A stretch of DNA of 64,000 nt. Origin: Octopus sinensis (lineage: Eukaryota). Positions 38,670-51,834 of this stretch are shown in pieces. Each line of letters starts with the position of its first letter. Position 1 is the first letter of the stretch. The stretch lies in assembly GCF_006345805.1 (NCBI RefSeq), contig NC_042997.1, positions 162,068,001 through 162,132,000 on the forward strand. The letters run 5' to 3'. The notes beneath the pieces were generated by a model. That model had not been told where the DNA came from, did not search any database, and saw only the letters and a program-made list of their open reading frames with translations. Position numbers and translations under genes: made by a program.

Positions 38670-39367
38670 TAATTTTTACTGAATTAGTATCAGTGCACCA
38701 AAAATATATTTACATGGAAATTACGTCAAAGAAATGATTGAGTAGTAAACTTCTTAAATAAGTGATCTTTAAAGAAAATAGAACTCTTATAAAACATTAT
38801 CACAGCTAATAATGCAACTAGTAATGCATTACCTTTAACTCGCTATAAGAGGACGCGCAATTTCAGGGCACTTGCTAACTGCCTATTGCTTACGCTATAA
38901 TGTTGTGTATAAATGCACTGTTACCACCTCACAGACCCATTCCGTCAGAGTTCACATTGGTGGCACGATTGATTTTTAGTGTCGTTACCTTTCACAAGTA
39001 GTGCTAGAAAGCAATCTACCTCTCTTACCTCCCACATCCACCGCCTCAAAGCTGAGGACATAACCTATAACTTGTCCTGGCCCAAAGTTTGTGGTGGAAC
39101 TTTGTATATGGGAAATAGCCGACACTGTCAATTATGTTGCGGGGACTCACTCACAGTATTACGCCAAAATGAGATCTCCCTACTTAATCGCTTCTTTGCC
39201 GTCATTTCCATGCGCAGACTTTGAGTTCTACAAAATTTTTTCTCCTTTCCATTAATCATTATAATTCAATCGTAAGAACTAACCTCCCTTTATTCTTTTT
39301 CTACCATATCGTCACTCTGTCACCCTTCTTCATCTCGTTTTTATAACCTTCTTTCTACTGAACACTA

Positions 39368-39412
<45 letters not shown>

Positions 39413-40462
39413 TTATTTTAATTTATTTGTCACATTACTCTTTTCTACGAGTAAAAATTAGTATGTATTACTTTCTTAATGTCGAAATCGGAGTCTCATA
39501 TCGTCTGAACTATTAATAATGGACGATCTAGTTGGTCACAGTTACACTGATTTATCGATTTGTAGATAGTGTAAATAAAACCAATGTCAAATGTTATCCG
39601 GCAGTCTTTTAATTTATATATAATTATTTTGGAATCTTTAGATGAAAAGGAAAAAAGTCGAAAAAATATCCGTGAGAAAACTGGGAGAACCGGCACTTTT
39701 CAAACGAAGTCCATTGAAATATTTGTTCTGCATAAAGTTACTGTTAACTGTGTGATTTCTCTAACCGTCAGACATTTAATAGTGATTAGTTAGTTGGAAA
39801 CCTGTAATCAACGACTATATGGTTCCCATCTGCTATATCAAGGCTGACCTAAGGCTACACAATAACAACACCTTTACCAAATGGGTATGCAATAAAAAAA
39901 AAATCTGTTTACAAAAAGAACATTAGGATCTGTATTAATGTACATTAAGAGCAGCAGACAAGCGTTGCTAGGAGCGCTGAATTTGAACTTCGTGTTACGT
40001 TGATAACAGATATAGAACTCACATAGTAGAACTATTGAGAATGCTGGAATGAAAGAATGAGTGGGTGGTGTTGCAATTAATATGCTTTTTGAAAACGTCA
40101 GATGTAAGGAACTGCTTCTTTTTATAATCTGCAGCTTTGATAGTTTTGTACTATTCCAGAGAGCTAAATAAACTCTTTCGTATCTTTTATTGTTTATTCA
40201 TGTATGCAAACTTAGTTTTACTCCGCAATTCGTTATCGGTCATTGTTCTTTTGCCAGCTATTCGATGTTACATTTTTTTCCCAGACATATACAATGTGAT
40301 CCTCTCTAACTCTTTAAATATAAACCCGCCTGTAACTATATTTAAATTGAACTCGATTAATTAAGAAGCTCCGTTATCTTTGATAGTAACTGAACAAAAT
40401 ATGTTATTAAGAGAAATATTTCTGCAAAGGTCACTACTTTCAAATAGGCTACAATATTATAG

Positions 40463-40660
40463 GAGGCCAGCTAGCAGAATCGTTAGCACGCCGAGCGAAA
40501 TACTTAGTGGCGTTTCGTCTGTTTTCATGTTCTGAGTTCAAATTCCACCGAAGCCGACTTTGCTTTTCATCCTTTGGAGGTTGATAAAATGAGTATCAGT
40601 TGAACACTGGCGTCAATGCAAGTGACTTACCTCTCCCCCGAAATTGCTGGCCTTGTGCTA
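40463..40660 (+). mobile_element. Family-A SINE
   Basis: Head gctagcagaatcgttagcacgccg, B-box gagttcaaattcc, core tttcatcctttggaggttgataaaatgagta. Confidence 0.87.
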
Positions 40661-40920
40661 ATATTAAGAAATACACAATTCATGAACAGATGGACAAAGT
40701 AAATTTGCATTTGCTTTAGTTTCTCTAGAAATTACGTTTTCATTTTCACTTCTCCATATGTCAATTCGTCTGTGGTAGATTCCTCCTGTGTAGATTGTTA
40801 TACCTGCTAAAAAGATAATAGGAAACATTCCAAAATCTAGACTACTTTCCAAATACAACCTAATTTGAAATATTTAACTATATATCGCCCCTGTAGCAAA
40901 ACATGTTCACGAAATTTAAT

Positions 40921-41079
40921 CAGAGGCGGACCCAAGGGAAACCTGAGGGGCATGTGCCCCCCCTCCTCATCAAGAAAAGTACGCTCTTCTGTATAATGTT
41001 ATTACGTCTTTTTCTCCTAGAATTGTATTCCCTTCTGACCTTGTGCCCTCCCTTCGAAAAATTCCAGGAACTGTGCCTG
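40921..41079. mobile_element. Possible hAT-like MITE
   Basis: cagaggcggacccaagg start, gcccccc motifs, ends in cctg; TIR is degenerate. Confidence 0.4.
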
Positions 41080-41964
41080 TTAATGATGCTAAAAGTGCAA
41101 TTTTTACAAAACTATTGTTGATATTACTGCTGTTTAGTCCTAGTAGAAGTATGATACAGCAGGTAAAAGCTCAAATGCTTTCCCTCTTTAGTTTTAAGTG
41201 TCTACCGTCTTTTTAAGAAGGTAGGGAGTGATTTGTAGGATATTTGGCTGTTCTTTCTTGCAGGTCTACGAGAACTGAATCTGTACCTTCAGTGTTCAGT
41301 GGTTCCAGCTAAATTCAAATCCTGCCATGGTCAACTTAGCCGTTTCTATTGGGACGACTTAATCGACTAACCGCACCCACCAAAAAATCCTGGCCTCGTG
41401 CCTACGCAAGAAATTATCATTATCTACAAATTCCGAAGAAGCCAGCCTATGAAATGTACCAAAGTGAAATTAAATCTCTACAAATTAGGAAACGTTGCTG
41501 ATACACAGAGCAAACTATCTGCTGAAAGTATATACATATAGATTTACGAGAGTAGGCAGCAGGTGGAAAATGTAAATAACACCACCAGAGCTGTTACTTT
41601 CTATATACTCCAACCAGCTGACTAGTCTAACAGTTAGTCAGTTGCTGCCAACGCAAAGAAACTAATCGCTAATACAAAAAGAGTGCAGCACTATTTTCAC
41701 AGAGAATTTTCTCGACTACATCCTTACCTCTCTATTCTTTTTCCTTTTGTTTTTTTGTTGGTTTTTTTTGTTGGTTTTTTTTTTTGTTGTTGTTCTGGGG
41801 ATTTTTTTTTACTTCATCTCTTAGTTCCTCACCGCTTTCTAATAAGAAAGATTATTTTGATAAGGCCTATATTTCAGAAAATAGGTATTAAGAAGTAATG
41901 AAATTCATGCTTTTACACACACGCACGCAGGGGTGGCGCGTACACTCACTCACAAGTACACATA

Positions 41965-42180
41965 CGCACACACATACATACATACATACATACATACATA
42001 CATACATACATACATACATACATACATAAGGCGACTCACATGTATACATGAATGTGAAGTAGGTAACTAATTAATCAAGACTATACCTGTAATGAGTAGA
42101 GGTAAATATTATTAAACAGTCAGTAACTAAACTAAAAAGAGTAAAATCGACAGCTGAAAATAAGATTATATGTATACGCG

Positions 42181-42222
<42 letters not shown>

Positions 42223-42300
42223 AACACACATACACATACGAGCGCACGCACTCACACACACACACACATACACACATACACACACAAACACACACACACA
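41965..42300. repeat. (CATA)n and (CA)n microsatellites
   Basis: Simple repeats at 41965-42028 and 42182-42300. Confidence 0.95.
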
Positions 42301-42513
42301 GAGTTTAAATCATCATTTATTTATTTCCACATTATCATTTTCCTATACAACTGAATTTTTACCAAGAATTTTAACTTTGTTGATGAGAAGGTTAAGAAAT
42401 ACAAAATTGGTCACTGAGGATTTTGATCCTTCAATGAGAGGATAAAGAATGAAGTAATTTAATCAGTATTGCATCAGTATTTTTTCTGCTTACTTATTCT
42501 GTGCAATGAATAT

Positions 42514-42826
42514 ACTAGATGACCCCGTGCCGTCAAAAATGACGGCAAATTGTAGTATTTTATATATAGATATGGATGGTAATTCAAATTAATGCACTTA
42601 CCAATGTTCACAAACGTTCACATACTTCCCTTGTACACGCACACACATACACACATATACTCATACAGAGTTGAAACGCTGTTTGATTTTTCTTTTCAGC
42701 GTTGAATGTTCACCATCCCACTTCCAGTTTGATATCACCCCTTCCTTCGTTTTTCATCAATCACCCTTTCCTTTCTCATTCATATGTTGTGACGGAGAAA
42801 GACACAGAAGTATTATTATAGTAGAT
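42514..42826. mobile_element. Non-autonomous Helentron/Helitron-like element (HINE/Lep1-type)
   Basis: Starts actagatgaccccgt with the subterminal hairpin gccgtc-aaaaat-gacggc, has an internal CA-rich tract, and ends tattatagtagat. Confidence 0.6.
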
Positions 42827-43199
42827 TATATTCTACCGACTAGCATATGCCTAATGTATAATTCCCTCTTTGATAGGGTATTTCTATATTGGAATCCATA
42901 ATTCAGAAAAGAGAAAATTAAAGTAGACACATCAACAACACCCCCGAACACTATTACAACACCGTGCTGAAAACGCTATTCCTTTTATTCAATCCAAGTA
43001 AACATATAAAAAATGCACTTATACATACAAAGCGATGTAGTAATAGGAGCTGAATGTGATGTGCTGAGAAATTCACCATTAATGGTAAGAGTAAAGGAAC
43101 ATCAACTGTCACCTTCTAACCAAGTCCACTTTGCTCACCACTTCTGAAGCCATCGTCAGATTCTTCGAGCCTACAGAGCCATCAAGAGAGCAGCTACAT

Positions 43200-43365
43200 T
43201 GACACTCAACCTGCTAGATTAGCAATCAAATCTCCCTCAAATTACACTATCATCCTAGAAAAGGACATGTTGAATTATATTGTCTTTGGCTCCTTGCACA
43301 TTGGGTAAAGAAGGAATGGTCATAACAGGGATGTCTTTGATCAGGGTAAACCTAAAGCTCTAACA
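43200..43365. repeat. Representative copy of an old dispersed ~160-bp repeat (gctagaaatagcagccaaatctccctcaaat family)
   Basis: Related degenerate copies at about 7510-7680, 25710-25860, 28430-28510, 32395-32510, 35580-35765, 41130-41270, 53510-53725, 55600-55780 and 60100-60210. Confidence 0.7.
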
Positions 43366-43624
43366 GGGCTCAACCACACTAGATGTACAGAAATAGAATG
43401 CGGGTGTTGAAAACGCAACATACAACTCTTCATATGTTTAACGCTGCATGTGCTTTAAGGTCCTTAATTAGGCGGAGAGGTTATATTTGGAATAATGAAT
43501 CTGCTGTCCGTACTTAGTTGTATGACCGACTACTTTATGTGCAACAAGGACTGCTCGCTCAGGACTAACTTGGAGTCATAAAATAACAGCGCATTCCGTA
43601 ATTCGTTCTAATCATAGCGCATGG

Positions 43625-43810
43625 TAAGTAATTTTGAGGGAAGGAGGAAATCGGTTCCATCGACCCAATGCTCGACTGGTATGTGTTTTATAGTTACCGA
43701 AAGGATGAAAGACAAAGTTGACTCAGTAGCATTTGAACTCAGAATGTAAAACCAGAAGAAATGCTGCTGAGCATTCTGTCCGATGCGCTAACGTTTCTGC
43801 CAGTTGGTTG
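43625..43810 (-). mobile_element. Family-A SINE
   Basis: ccgaaaggatgaaagacaaagttgactc...tttgaactcagaatg...gctaacgtttctgccag. Confidence 0.85.
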
Positions 43811-43902
43811 GGGGCGGGCGGAAGTCTTGCCCATGGAAATCACGCTAATAGTAAAGAATAAAGAAATTGTTATTATGAATATGATTATATAACCTACAAT
43901 AT

Positions 43903-44237
43903 TTAAAGACTTTAAAGACTCCGCCGGTTACGACGACGAGGGTCCCAGCTGATACGATCAACGGAACAGCTTGCTCGTGAAATTAACGTGCAAATGGCTG
44001 AGCATTCCACAGACACGTGTACCCTTAACGTAGTTCTCGGGGATAATCAGCGTGACACAGAGAGTGACAAGGCTGACCCTTTGAAATACAAGTACAACTC
44101 ATTTTTGCCAGCTGAGTGGACTGGAGCAACGTGAAATAAAGTGTCTTGCTCAAGGACACAACGCGTCGCCGGGAATCGAACTCACAACCTTACGATCATG
44201 AGCCGAATGCCCTAACCACTAAGCCACGCGCCCTCAC
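43903..44237 (-). mobile_element. Full-length tRNA-derived SINE with a 12-bp TSD
   Basis: TSD aacctacaatat (43891-43902, 44238-44249); minus-strand A-box tggcttagtggtt and B-box gttcgattcc; tail (gtctttaaa)2. Confidence 0.93.
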
Positions 44238-45143
44238 AACCTACAATATAATCAATACCTGAATCTCCAAGGAAATTTATAGGAAAACGAATAGACACGT
44301 CAAGATCAAAAACTAATAAACGAAAGTGCATGTTTTGTTAAAAAATTAAGCATAAAATCCTGTATCGTAAAATTTTATTTTACAACAAAATTCAAATATT
44401 TGTTTTTATGCCGACTAATTGTGCAGTTTTTGTGTATATTTGATGGTTGCCAGCGATATTTTTCACATTTAAATATATTTCAAGAATTTTCTTTATTTAA
44501 GAAAGCAGAGTATTGCAAAAATAATTGTGCGTAATGAGTTAAAAACTACTACGTTTTGCCACGTCTGTTTACATCATTTATGAAAAGCAAACTTAACCGC
44601 TTATTTCAACATACGCAATACAAAATTTGAATTCTTGCCATTGCATCAATTTTCAATATTTATAACGCCTGCGTAGTTTTAGTTACCGTATTTCACTGAT
44701 TATATGGCTCACTTTCTCACCACCCAAAAATCTCCAAGTAAATCAGTTTTATAAAACATAGGTCAGGGTTTAAGTCACTGACAAATGGTGGTTCAAGAAA
44801 AACCTACCAAACTTGAAATGTGTCTTATAATCTCATGCATTTTATAAACCCTCAAATATTATGGTTTACTTAGTTCAATGTCTCAGAAAGATCAAAATTT
44901 TTTTCTAATTAGAAATTTTTACTCAAAGCTTAGACTAAGTTTGATGAATTAATTTTTTCCGTATGAACATACTGCGTATTCCATACTTGCTTTACTGAGT
45001 AGATCTAATTGCGATCAAAAAACATGCCCTGAATTATTATAGTATCTGCTAAAAATCAGATTCAGATTAACTTTTCTCCTCACCGCATACCTTGAAGTCA
45101 CTACTTTTCTTTTTCTGGTAAAACGATAAGAGTTACCATGGAG

Positions 45144-45720
45144 TGTAGTAAGTGGTTGCCACGATAAAGAAAGGATGAAAGGTACGAGATGATACTAGTG
45201 GAGTTGAGTTCAGGTTGCGTGTAATGAATACACAACACTCGTGAATAATTAACAGAATTTTATTTTATAGCACAAATAATTCTCATACTGGTCGTGAATT
45301 AAAAATTACAACAAAGCTTACACACGGGAAAGAATATTATGTAGCTCTTACAAATAGTTGATTTAAAAGGTTCTGTAATTAAGCTGCCAAGACAAGAGAA
45401 AATATACACACTGGGTTCATGCTGGCGAACTGTAGCTTCAAAATCTAGGTTGAGTGAGAGTCCTGATGACGACTGTTAAAAGCAGCAAAATGAGTATGTG
45501 GTTACCTTAGCTGCGGGCAGCAACAAGCTGACGTCTGGCGCTCGAAACGTGCCTATTTATAGGCTTTGTTTGGAGACTATTCTGGAGGTTTCTAGAATGA
45601 CGCATCACGTGATGTCTGGTTGCTGATTGGTCCATAACTCGTCCGATCACATGAATTGGCTGTTACTAAGCCGTGATTTTAACTTGGCAGTTCGTCGATT
45701 CAGTTTCAAACCTTGCTATA
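45144..45720 (-). mobile_element. LTR-like segment (solo or 3' LTR)
   Basis: Ends tgtagtaag / cttgctata form an imperfect inverted repeat; minus-strand TATAAATAG (45553-45561) and AATAAA; adjacent purine tract aggagagc. No TSD found. Confidence 0.5.
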
Positions 45721-46123
45721 GCTCTCCTGTGTGACCCCTCTGTCCGGCATTCGCCATGATAGATTGCTAGCCACCAAACCTTTTCTTGTTTTCTCTCTGT
45801 TTATTTCTGTATTCCTTTCTGTTGGAGAGCGTAAGCTCGAAACGTAAAAGACTTTCTCACTTCCCGAGTGTTAAACTAATACATTTGTTTGTTGTTTACA
45901 CACACTCGTCTTCGTCTTTTGGGGTTTTTTGGAGGAGTGTAAATTCTTGCTATAGAAATCTTGGTAAAAGAAACTTGTAGTGCCTTGAGTCAACAAAAAG
46001 TAATACAAGTACTTCCAACTTTGGATTATGATAGAACATGAGTTTGACGCTTCGGGCAATTGCCATTTTTCTTTGGAAAGCGAGAAATATTCTTAACGCT
46101 AAACTGCAAAATTTAGAACGAGG

Positions 46124-46188
<65 letters not shown>

Positions 46189-47190
46189 AGATGAATAATC
46201 TTGTTGTAGATTAATCAAAAGTTTAACCGATACCTTGGTAGCAAAAATCACAGCAGAAGAAAGCACGGTTGGAGATAAAACCATTTGGTGTTGCAACCGT
46301 GCGTTGGTGCGGATAATTGAATTTTAATATTATTAGTGAATTGAAGAAATGGAGTTGAACGAAGATTGAACAGAATTCCTTTTATTGCATTCTACACATG
46401 TTTCAAAAGCCACAATTTTCCAAATTCTGATTGAATAAGGATACCATATTGTGGCTTTCTCTTCAGGAAAAAAATAGGAATTCCGTTGGCAGAACAAAAC
46501 AGAACAGAGGCGCAGCAAAGCAATTTGAACGAGGCGGCTCTTTAAGTGACTCAAGGCACTACAAGTTTCTTTTACCAAGATTTCTATAGCAAGAATTTAC
46601 ACTCCTCCAAAAAACCCCAAAAGACGAAGACGAGTGTGTAAACAACAAACAAATGTATTAGTTTAACACTCGGGAAGTGAGAAAGTCTTTTACGTTTCGA
46701 GCTTACGCTCTCCAACAGAAAGGAATACAGAAATAAACGGAGAGAAAACAAGAAAAGGTTTGGTGGCTAGCAATCTATCATGGCGAATGCCGGACAGAGG
46801 GGTCACACAGGAGAGCTATAGCAAGGTTTGAAACTGAATCGACAAACTGCCAAGTTAAAATCACGGCTTAGTAACAGCCAATTCATGTGATCGGACGAGT
46901 TATGGATATCTTCAACGCACCCACCACCCGATTTCAACGTACATTGATAATCAGTTCAGCCATGGGCTCTTAAAGAGCCGCCTCGTTCAAATTGCTTTGC
47001 TGCGCCTCTGTTCTGTTTTGTTCTGCCAACGGAATTCCTATTTTTTTCCTGAAGAGAAAGCCACAATATGGTATCCTTATTCAATCAGAATTTGGAAAAT
47101 TGTGGCTTTTGAAACATGTGTAGAATGCAATAAAAGGAATTCTGTTCAATCTTCGTTCAACTCCATTTCTTCAATTCACTAATAATATTA
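45631..47190. repeat. Nested near-identical inverted duplications A-X-B'-A'-Y-B
   Basis: A 45631-45992 vs A' 46547-46906 (2 substitutions and one CA indel seen); B' 46325-46546 vs B 46969-47190 (222 bp, no difference seen). Confidence 0.95.
45815..45850 (+). ncRNA. Degenerate minimal hammerhead motif in a Penelope-like terminal repeat fragment (inverted copy at 46687-46722)
   Basis: cttt-CTGTTGG-a-GAGC-gtaa-GCTC-GAAA-cg-TA-aaag: helices I and II pair perfectly, but the first core box has 2 changes from CUGAUGA. Confidence 0.5.
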
Positions 47191-47587
47191 TATATATATA
47201 TATATATATTCTAACTCAGTGTTTATCCAGCTTTGTGCAGAGCTTTTTTGTTTTAATTGGAGAAAAGATGATTCTGACATTCATGTTTGAACCAAATTTG
47301 TGGCGCAAAAGAGCTACAGTTGGAGCAGAAATCTAGTTATGGACGTATATTACATTCATTTGACGCGAAACTGTATGGTGGTGTTTATTAGTTCGTTAAA
47401 CGAAAAGTTGCAGTGCATCATTGATTTGTCTGCAAAGCGGTTCTTTTCCTTTTGAACGGCACTATATAACATAATTTCTAGGTAACTAAAAAGTTTTAAA
47501 CTTCGTATACTTGTAGAATGTGTTTATAAAACATTCATTTTCTCTTGGCTTTATAGAGAAAATTCTATAGTTTGTAAGATATTTCGT

Positions 47588-48130
47588 CTGTCTGCTGTCA
47601 CAGTAATACCTCCCTATGCGGCACCATGTTGTTGCTGAAACAACTTACAATGCCATCCGCAAAAAAGACTGTCCTGAAATAAACTTAGAAAATCTCTGTA
47701 TTATGGAATACATTCATAAACACCAACTCAAGGAATACTGGTGGAATATTTCCATCAAAACTTCTGTCAAATGTAAGCATAACAGGCTGGATATTATTGC
47801 TTGGGATAGAGAAGCAAAGGTATGTACCACCATAGAGGTTAACTGCCCTGCAGATATAAGTATCTTTTTGAAAATCAAAGTAAAAGAGGATATCTATTCA
47901 TACCAATAATAATTGGAGTACTAGGTTTTGTTAGTAAACGCTTAAAGGAGAATCTGAATAGAGAAATTGGCCGGCTGATTCGTACATTACAAGTCCTATC
48001 TATGAGTAGAACAGTAAAAAATATGCAAGACTTTTCTCAATTTCCAAATGTGAATTTGTCTGTGTTAACTACATCCCAAAGATGGAAATTTGTATCTTTG
48101 TTGGAAACCGGCTCCCTCCTCTGTGGAAGA
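47588..48130 (+). mobile_element. 3' fragment of an R2/R4(Dong)-superfamily LINE (restriction-like endonuclease domain)
   Basis: RHHVVAE...WWNISIKT..KCKHNRLDII...IEVNCPAD...K.KEDIY...IIIGVLG matches RHD/NRPD/PD-(D/E)xK RLE motifs. Confidence 0.85.
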
Positions 48131-48179
48131 TTTATAATAATAAAAAATATATAAGAGACTCATATATGCATACATACAT

Positions 48180-48256
48180 ATGTGTGCGCGTGCGCGTGTG
48201 TGTGTGAGTGTGTGTGCACGTGTATGTATACACACACACACAAACACACAAACAAA

Positions 48257-48296
<40 letters not shown>

Positions 48297-48302
48297 CACA
48301 CA
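48180..48302. repeat. (TG)n/(CA)n microsatellites
   Basis: Simple repeats in inverted arrangement. Confidence 0.95.
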
Positions 48303-50138
48303 TGCTTATGAAAAAAAACTTATAGACGCCCTTTGAAGTACTGTCTCGATCAAAGAAAAGATTATTGTAATTATCAAGTCTGAGACACAGGACGATAACG
48401 AGAGGATAATAAAGGAGCTTGTTACAATATCTATAGGCTTTTTATGATCTCCCCTACAGTGAAGATAATTACGTATAAAATTACAAAAAATTTTTTTTTA
48501 GTAAATGGTAATTATCCAACGAACGGAATTTTGTCTGCTAATCGAAAACAATGTCCGGAAAATCCGTGGCCACATCCTCATGTTTCGTTCAGTTAGTTCT
48601 GATTTTTAATTGTGTGAAATTGAAGCATTTAACTATAAAGAACAATTATTGGCACGTTTCTTTTACAAGTGTTCGCATAACATCAGATAATTAGCAATGG
48701 CTGCTTCACCCACTACTTAATTTATCTGAAGCTTACATCTTCTGTACCGTCTAGTCGTCTCAGTTCTTACAAGCGGTATCAATTTTCTGTGAGAAAGAAT
48801 TCTTATCACATAAACTTGAGATGCGATATTTCACACAATTCTCTTTATATATAGTCTATAAATAAATACATTATAAACGTCAAAGACTTAGGGTACTATT
48901 AGCAGTAATATCAGTTATTAAGGATTTCTTACATTGGCACAGAGCCATAATTTGTTGCTGAAAAGTATCGATTTTATTGCATCACTGATGCTTATTTTTT
49001 ATATGCCACCAAAACAGAAGAAAAGTAAAACTTACAGGAGGTGTCACTAAAAATAAAACAAAAGAAAGCATAATGTATTTAGTGTGGTAATCCCAGTTTC
49101 TGCCATTCTTCACCCGGTAGTAGCACTAAATGAACTCATAAACACATCAGCTCAGAAAACCAGTACGTTAAGCATGCCTATATAACTTGGAACAAAATTG
49201 AACATGCTAAGAAGACAGGAAAGACCTTCATGTTATCTGGTTTGACCAGGCAAATGTTTATCGATTAGCCTACCGAGTGCTGACCCACAGAACATTTTCT
49301 TTTTCATATTGCTACAAATGAAGCGACTTCAGTGATATCTTGAATGAAAATTATGCATTTTGCTTTGATGACAAGAACTTTAAGACCAGCTAGAAATCTC
49401 TGGAGACAGACATCAAAATGAGGTGTGCTATCTTTCGATAAAGCTTTGAAATTGGCAATGGGAGGTGTACGAAGGTACTATGAGAAAAGAAGATCGGAGA
49501 ACACTGGGTCTTGCAACTGTTGCGTGTTTTTACGAATGACAATACCGTCACAGTGGAAACAAGAAACAAATCAAAACCTCTCAGAAAAGTTAATTCAACT
49601 GCGGTTGAATTAATTTTTCTGTTAATGTCAACTGCATTCCACAGCAAATAAAAAAGGCCATAATGTAAGAACATGTTAGAAAATGCCACTTTGAAACTGG
49701 AGGAGAACTGAGTCTAACTGATAAGGGAGAATGTAATTAAGAACCATAGCTGTATCTACGCAGTATACTAAAGTATGCCAAGAAAGGTATGTGATTGAGA
49801 CTAACTGCGGTTTGGTAGGTAAGTTTAAGGTGTGACCATATCAACACGACTATTTGCTGAGCCTCTTGGAATGACTAAGCGGTCATTCCAAGTGCATGAA
49901 ATAGTATTAACAAGAGTAGAAAGAATTCAAATGTATGGCAAGTTCCTTTGAAAGTGGCTTAATTTCCCGCCATTCATTGCAAAACTTCAGCTACTTTTAA
50001 CAGCACTGGTGAAAGAGTTTAAAGTAGCAAAATCTCACTGCTTCTTGGTATTACGAAATTCGGTGGATCCCATTAATCGTGCAGAAAGGAAATGGAGCGT
50101 GAGCAAAACTGTTGAGATTATAGAAACTATTCTGACGA

Positions 50139-50522
50139 ATAGGCGGCGAGCTGGCAGAAACGTTAGCACGCCGGGCGAAATGTTTAGCGGTATTCTGCCG
50201 AGGTCGACTTGGCCTTTCATCCCTTCGGAGTCAATTAAATAAGTACTAGTTACGCATTGGGGTCGATATAATCGACTTAATCCGTTTGTCCGTCCTTGTT
50301 TGTCCTCTCAGTGTTTAGCCCCTTGTGGGTAGTAAAGAAATAGGTATTTCGTCTGCCGTTATGTTCTGAGTTCAAATTCCGCCGAGGTCGACTTTGCCTT
50401 TTATCCTTTCAGGGTCGATAAATTATGTACCAGTTACGCACTGGGGTTGATGTAATCGACTTAATCCCTTTGTCCTTGTTTGTCCCCTCTATGTTTAGCC
50501 TCTTGTGGGTAATAAAGAAATA
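50139..50522 (+). mobile_element. Dimeric family-A SINE with a 17-bp TSD
   Basis: TSD agaaactattctgacga (50122-50138, 50523-50539); same dimer junction as 8373-8790. Confidence 0.93.
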
Positions 50523-50599
50523 AGAAACTATTCTGACGATGGAAAAGGCGATAAGCGAGGTGCAAGGTACATAGGTTGGGTCGGGATAGTTACGGAACA

Positions 50600-51549
50600 A
50601 ATATGTGCACTGACAGTACACTCTGAAGAGCAAACGCAGAACCCCGTGGACAAACTCTCAAAGGCCTGTCAGCAATTTAGCCTGATTATCAGTCTGAAGA
50701 AGATTCAAGTAATTGGTCAAAATGTCAAGTACGCCCACACCATCACCTATCTCGGCTCTACCATCGCTAATGATCTCTCCCTGGACCCTGAGATCAACAG
50801 GCGAATCGAACAAGCTTCCTCCACATTTGCCAGGCTCACAAAGAGAGTCTGAGAAAACAAAGAAAACTGGCTACAAAAACAAAAATTGTTGTCTATAAGG
50901 CGTGCGTCCTTAGTACGTTACTTTATGACAGTGAGACATGGAGCCTCTACTCTAGATAGGAGCGGCGTTTCAACGTTTTTCACCTCAGTTTAAGACGCAT
51001 CTTGGACATCAAGTGGACCGACCACATCACCAACACCGAAGTCTTCAACCGAACCAAGATACCCAGCATACACATCTTATTCCAGCAGCGTCGTTTGCGC
51101 TGGCTCGGTCATGTTCATCGCATGCCAGACGGAAGGATCCCAACAGACCTCTTGTATGGGGAATTGGCTACCAGCACAAGAGCCCGATGATGACGTCATC
51201 TTCGTTTCAAAGATGTTTGTAAGAGAGACATGAAGTCGCTTGATCTGGACGTCCTGAGATAGGCGGAGGTTGCAAATGATCGCCCACACTGGAGGCAAAT
51301 ACTGAAAAAAGGAATGAAGAGAACGGAAGATAAATAGATACTCGCCATCAAATAAAAGCGCACTCGACTGAAGGAAAACTCATCAGCACCGGCAGAGAGC
51401 TCCTTCAAATGCAGTCGCTGTATGCGTGACTGCCACTCCCGTGTGGGCCAGTACAGCCACAACAGGCGCTATACCACCATCAGCAGCTGACACGATTTCT
51501 TGGGGCGCAGTTCCATGGCCTCTCGAGACCGACGGATATCTACTACTAG
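50600..51549 (+). mobile_element. 5'-truncated RTE-clade LINE
   Basis: ISLKK, TYLGSTI...EINRRI..AS.TFARL, RRLRWLGHVHRMPDGRIP.DLLYGEL, terminal C2H2-like CSRCMRDCHSRVG..SH; short 3' UTR ending tactact. Confidence 0.93.
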
Positions 51550-51639
51550 GGATGAGAAAAAGTGGCTAAATATCTAATTCGAATTAAAATGGGCTGGAGA
51601 GACAAACCCGAATTTTTAATTAAATATGTAATGCAAACA

Positions 51640-51799
51640 AGGCTGTGTAGCTAAGAATCAGGCTTTGCAGCCACGTGAATTTGGGTTCTGTCCCCTTGTG
51701 CGACACTTTGAGCAAGTGTAAGTGCCTCCTTTTATAGACCCGGATAGACCAATACTTTGTGAGTGTATTTGGTGGGCGGAAACTGTGTGGAATCTCGTC

Positions 51800-51834
<35 letters not shown>

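Noticed and set aside
45461-45552. CTGATGA...CGAAAC as an extended hammerhead
   Set aside because: About 75 nt separate the boxes, with no convincing helix II or helix I.
46333-47182. Two identical ORFs on opposite strands
   Set aside because: By-product of the B/B' inverted duplication; no protein features.
49714-49730. aactgataag resembling antisense U2 snRNA
   Set aside because: The match is only ~10 nt and the flanks do not extend it.
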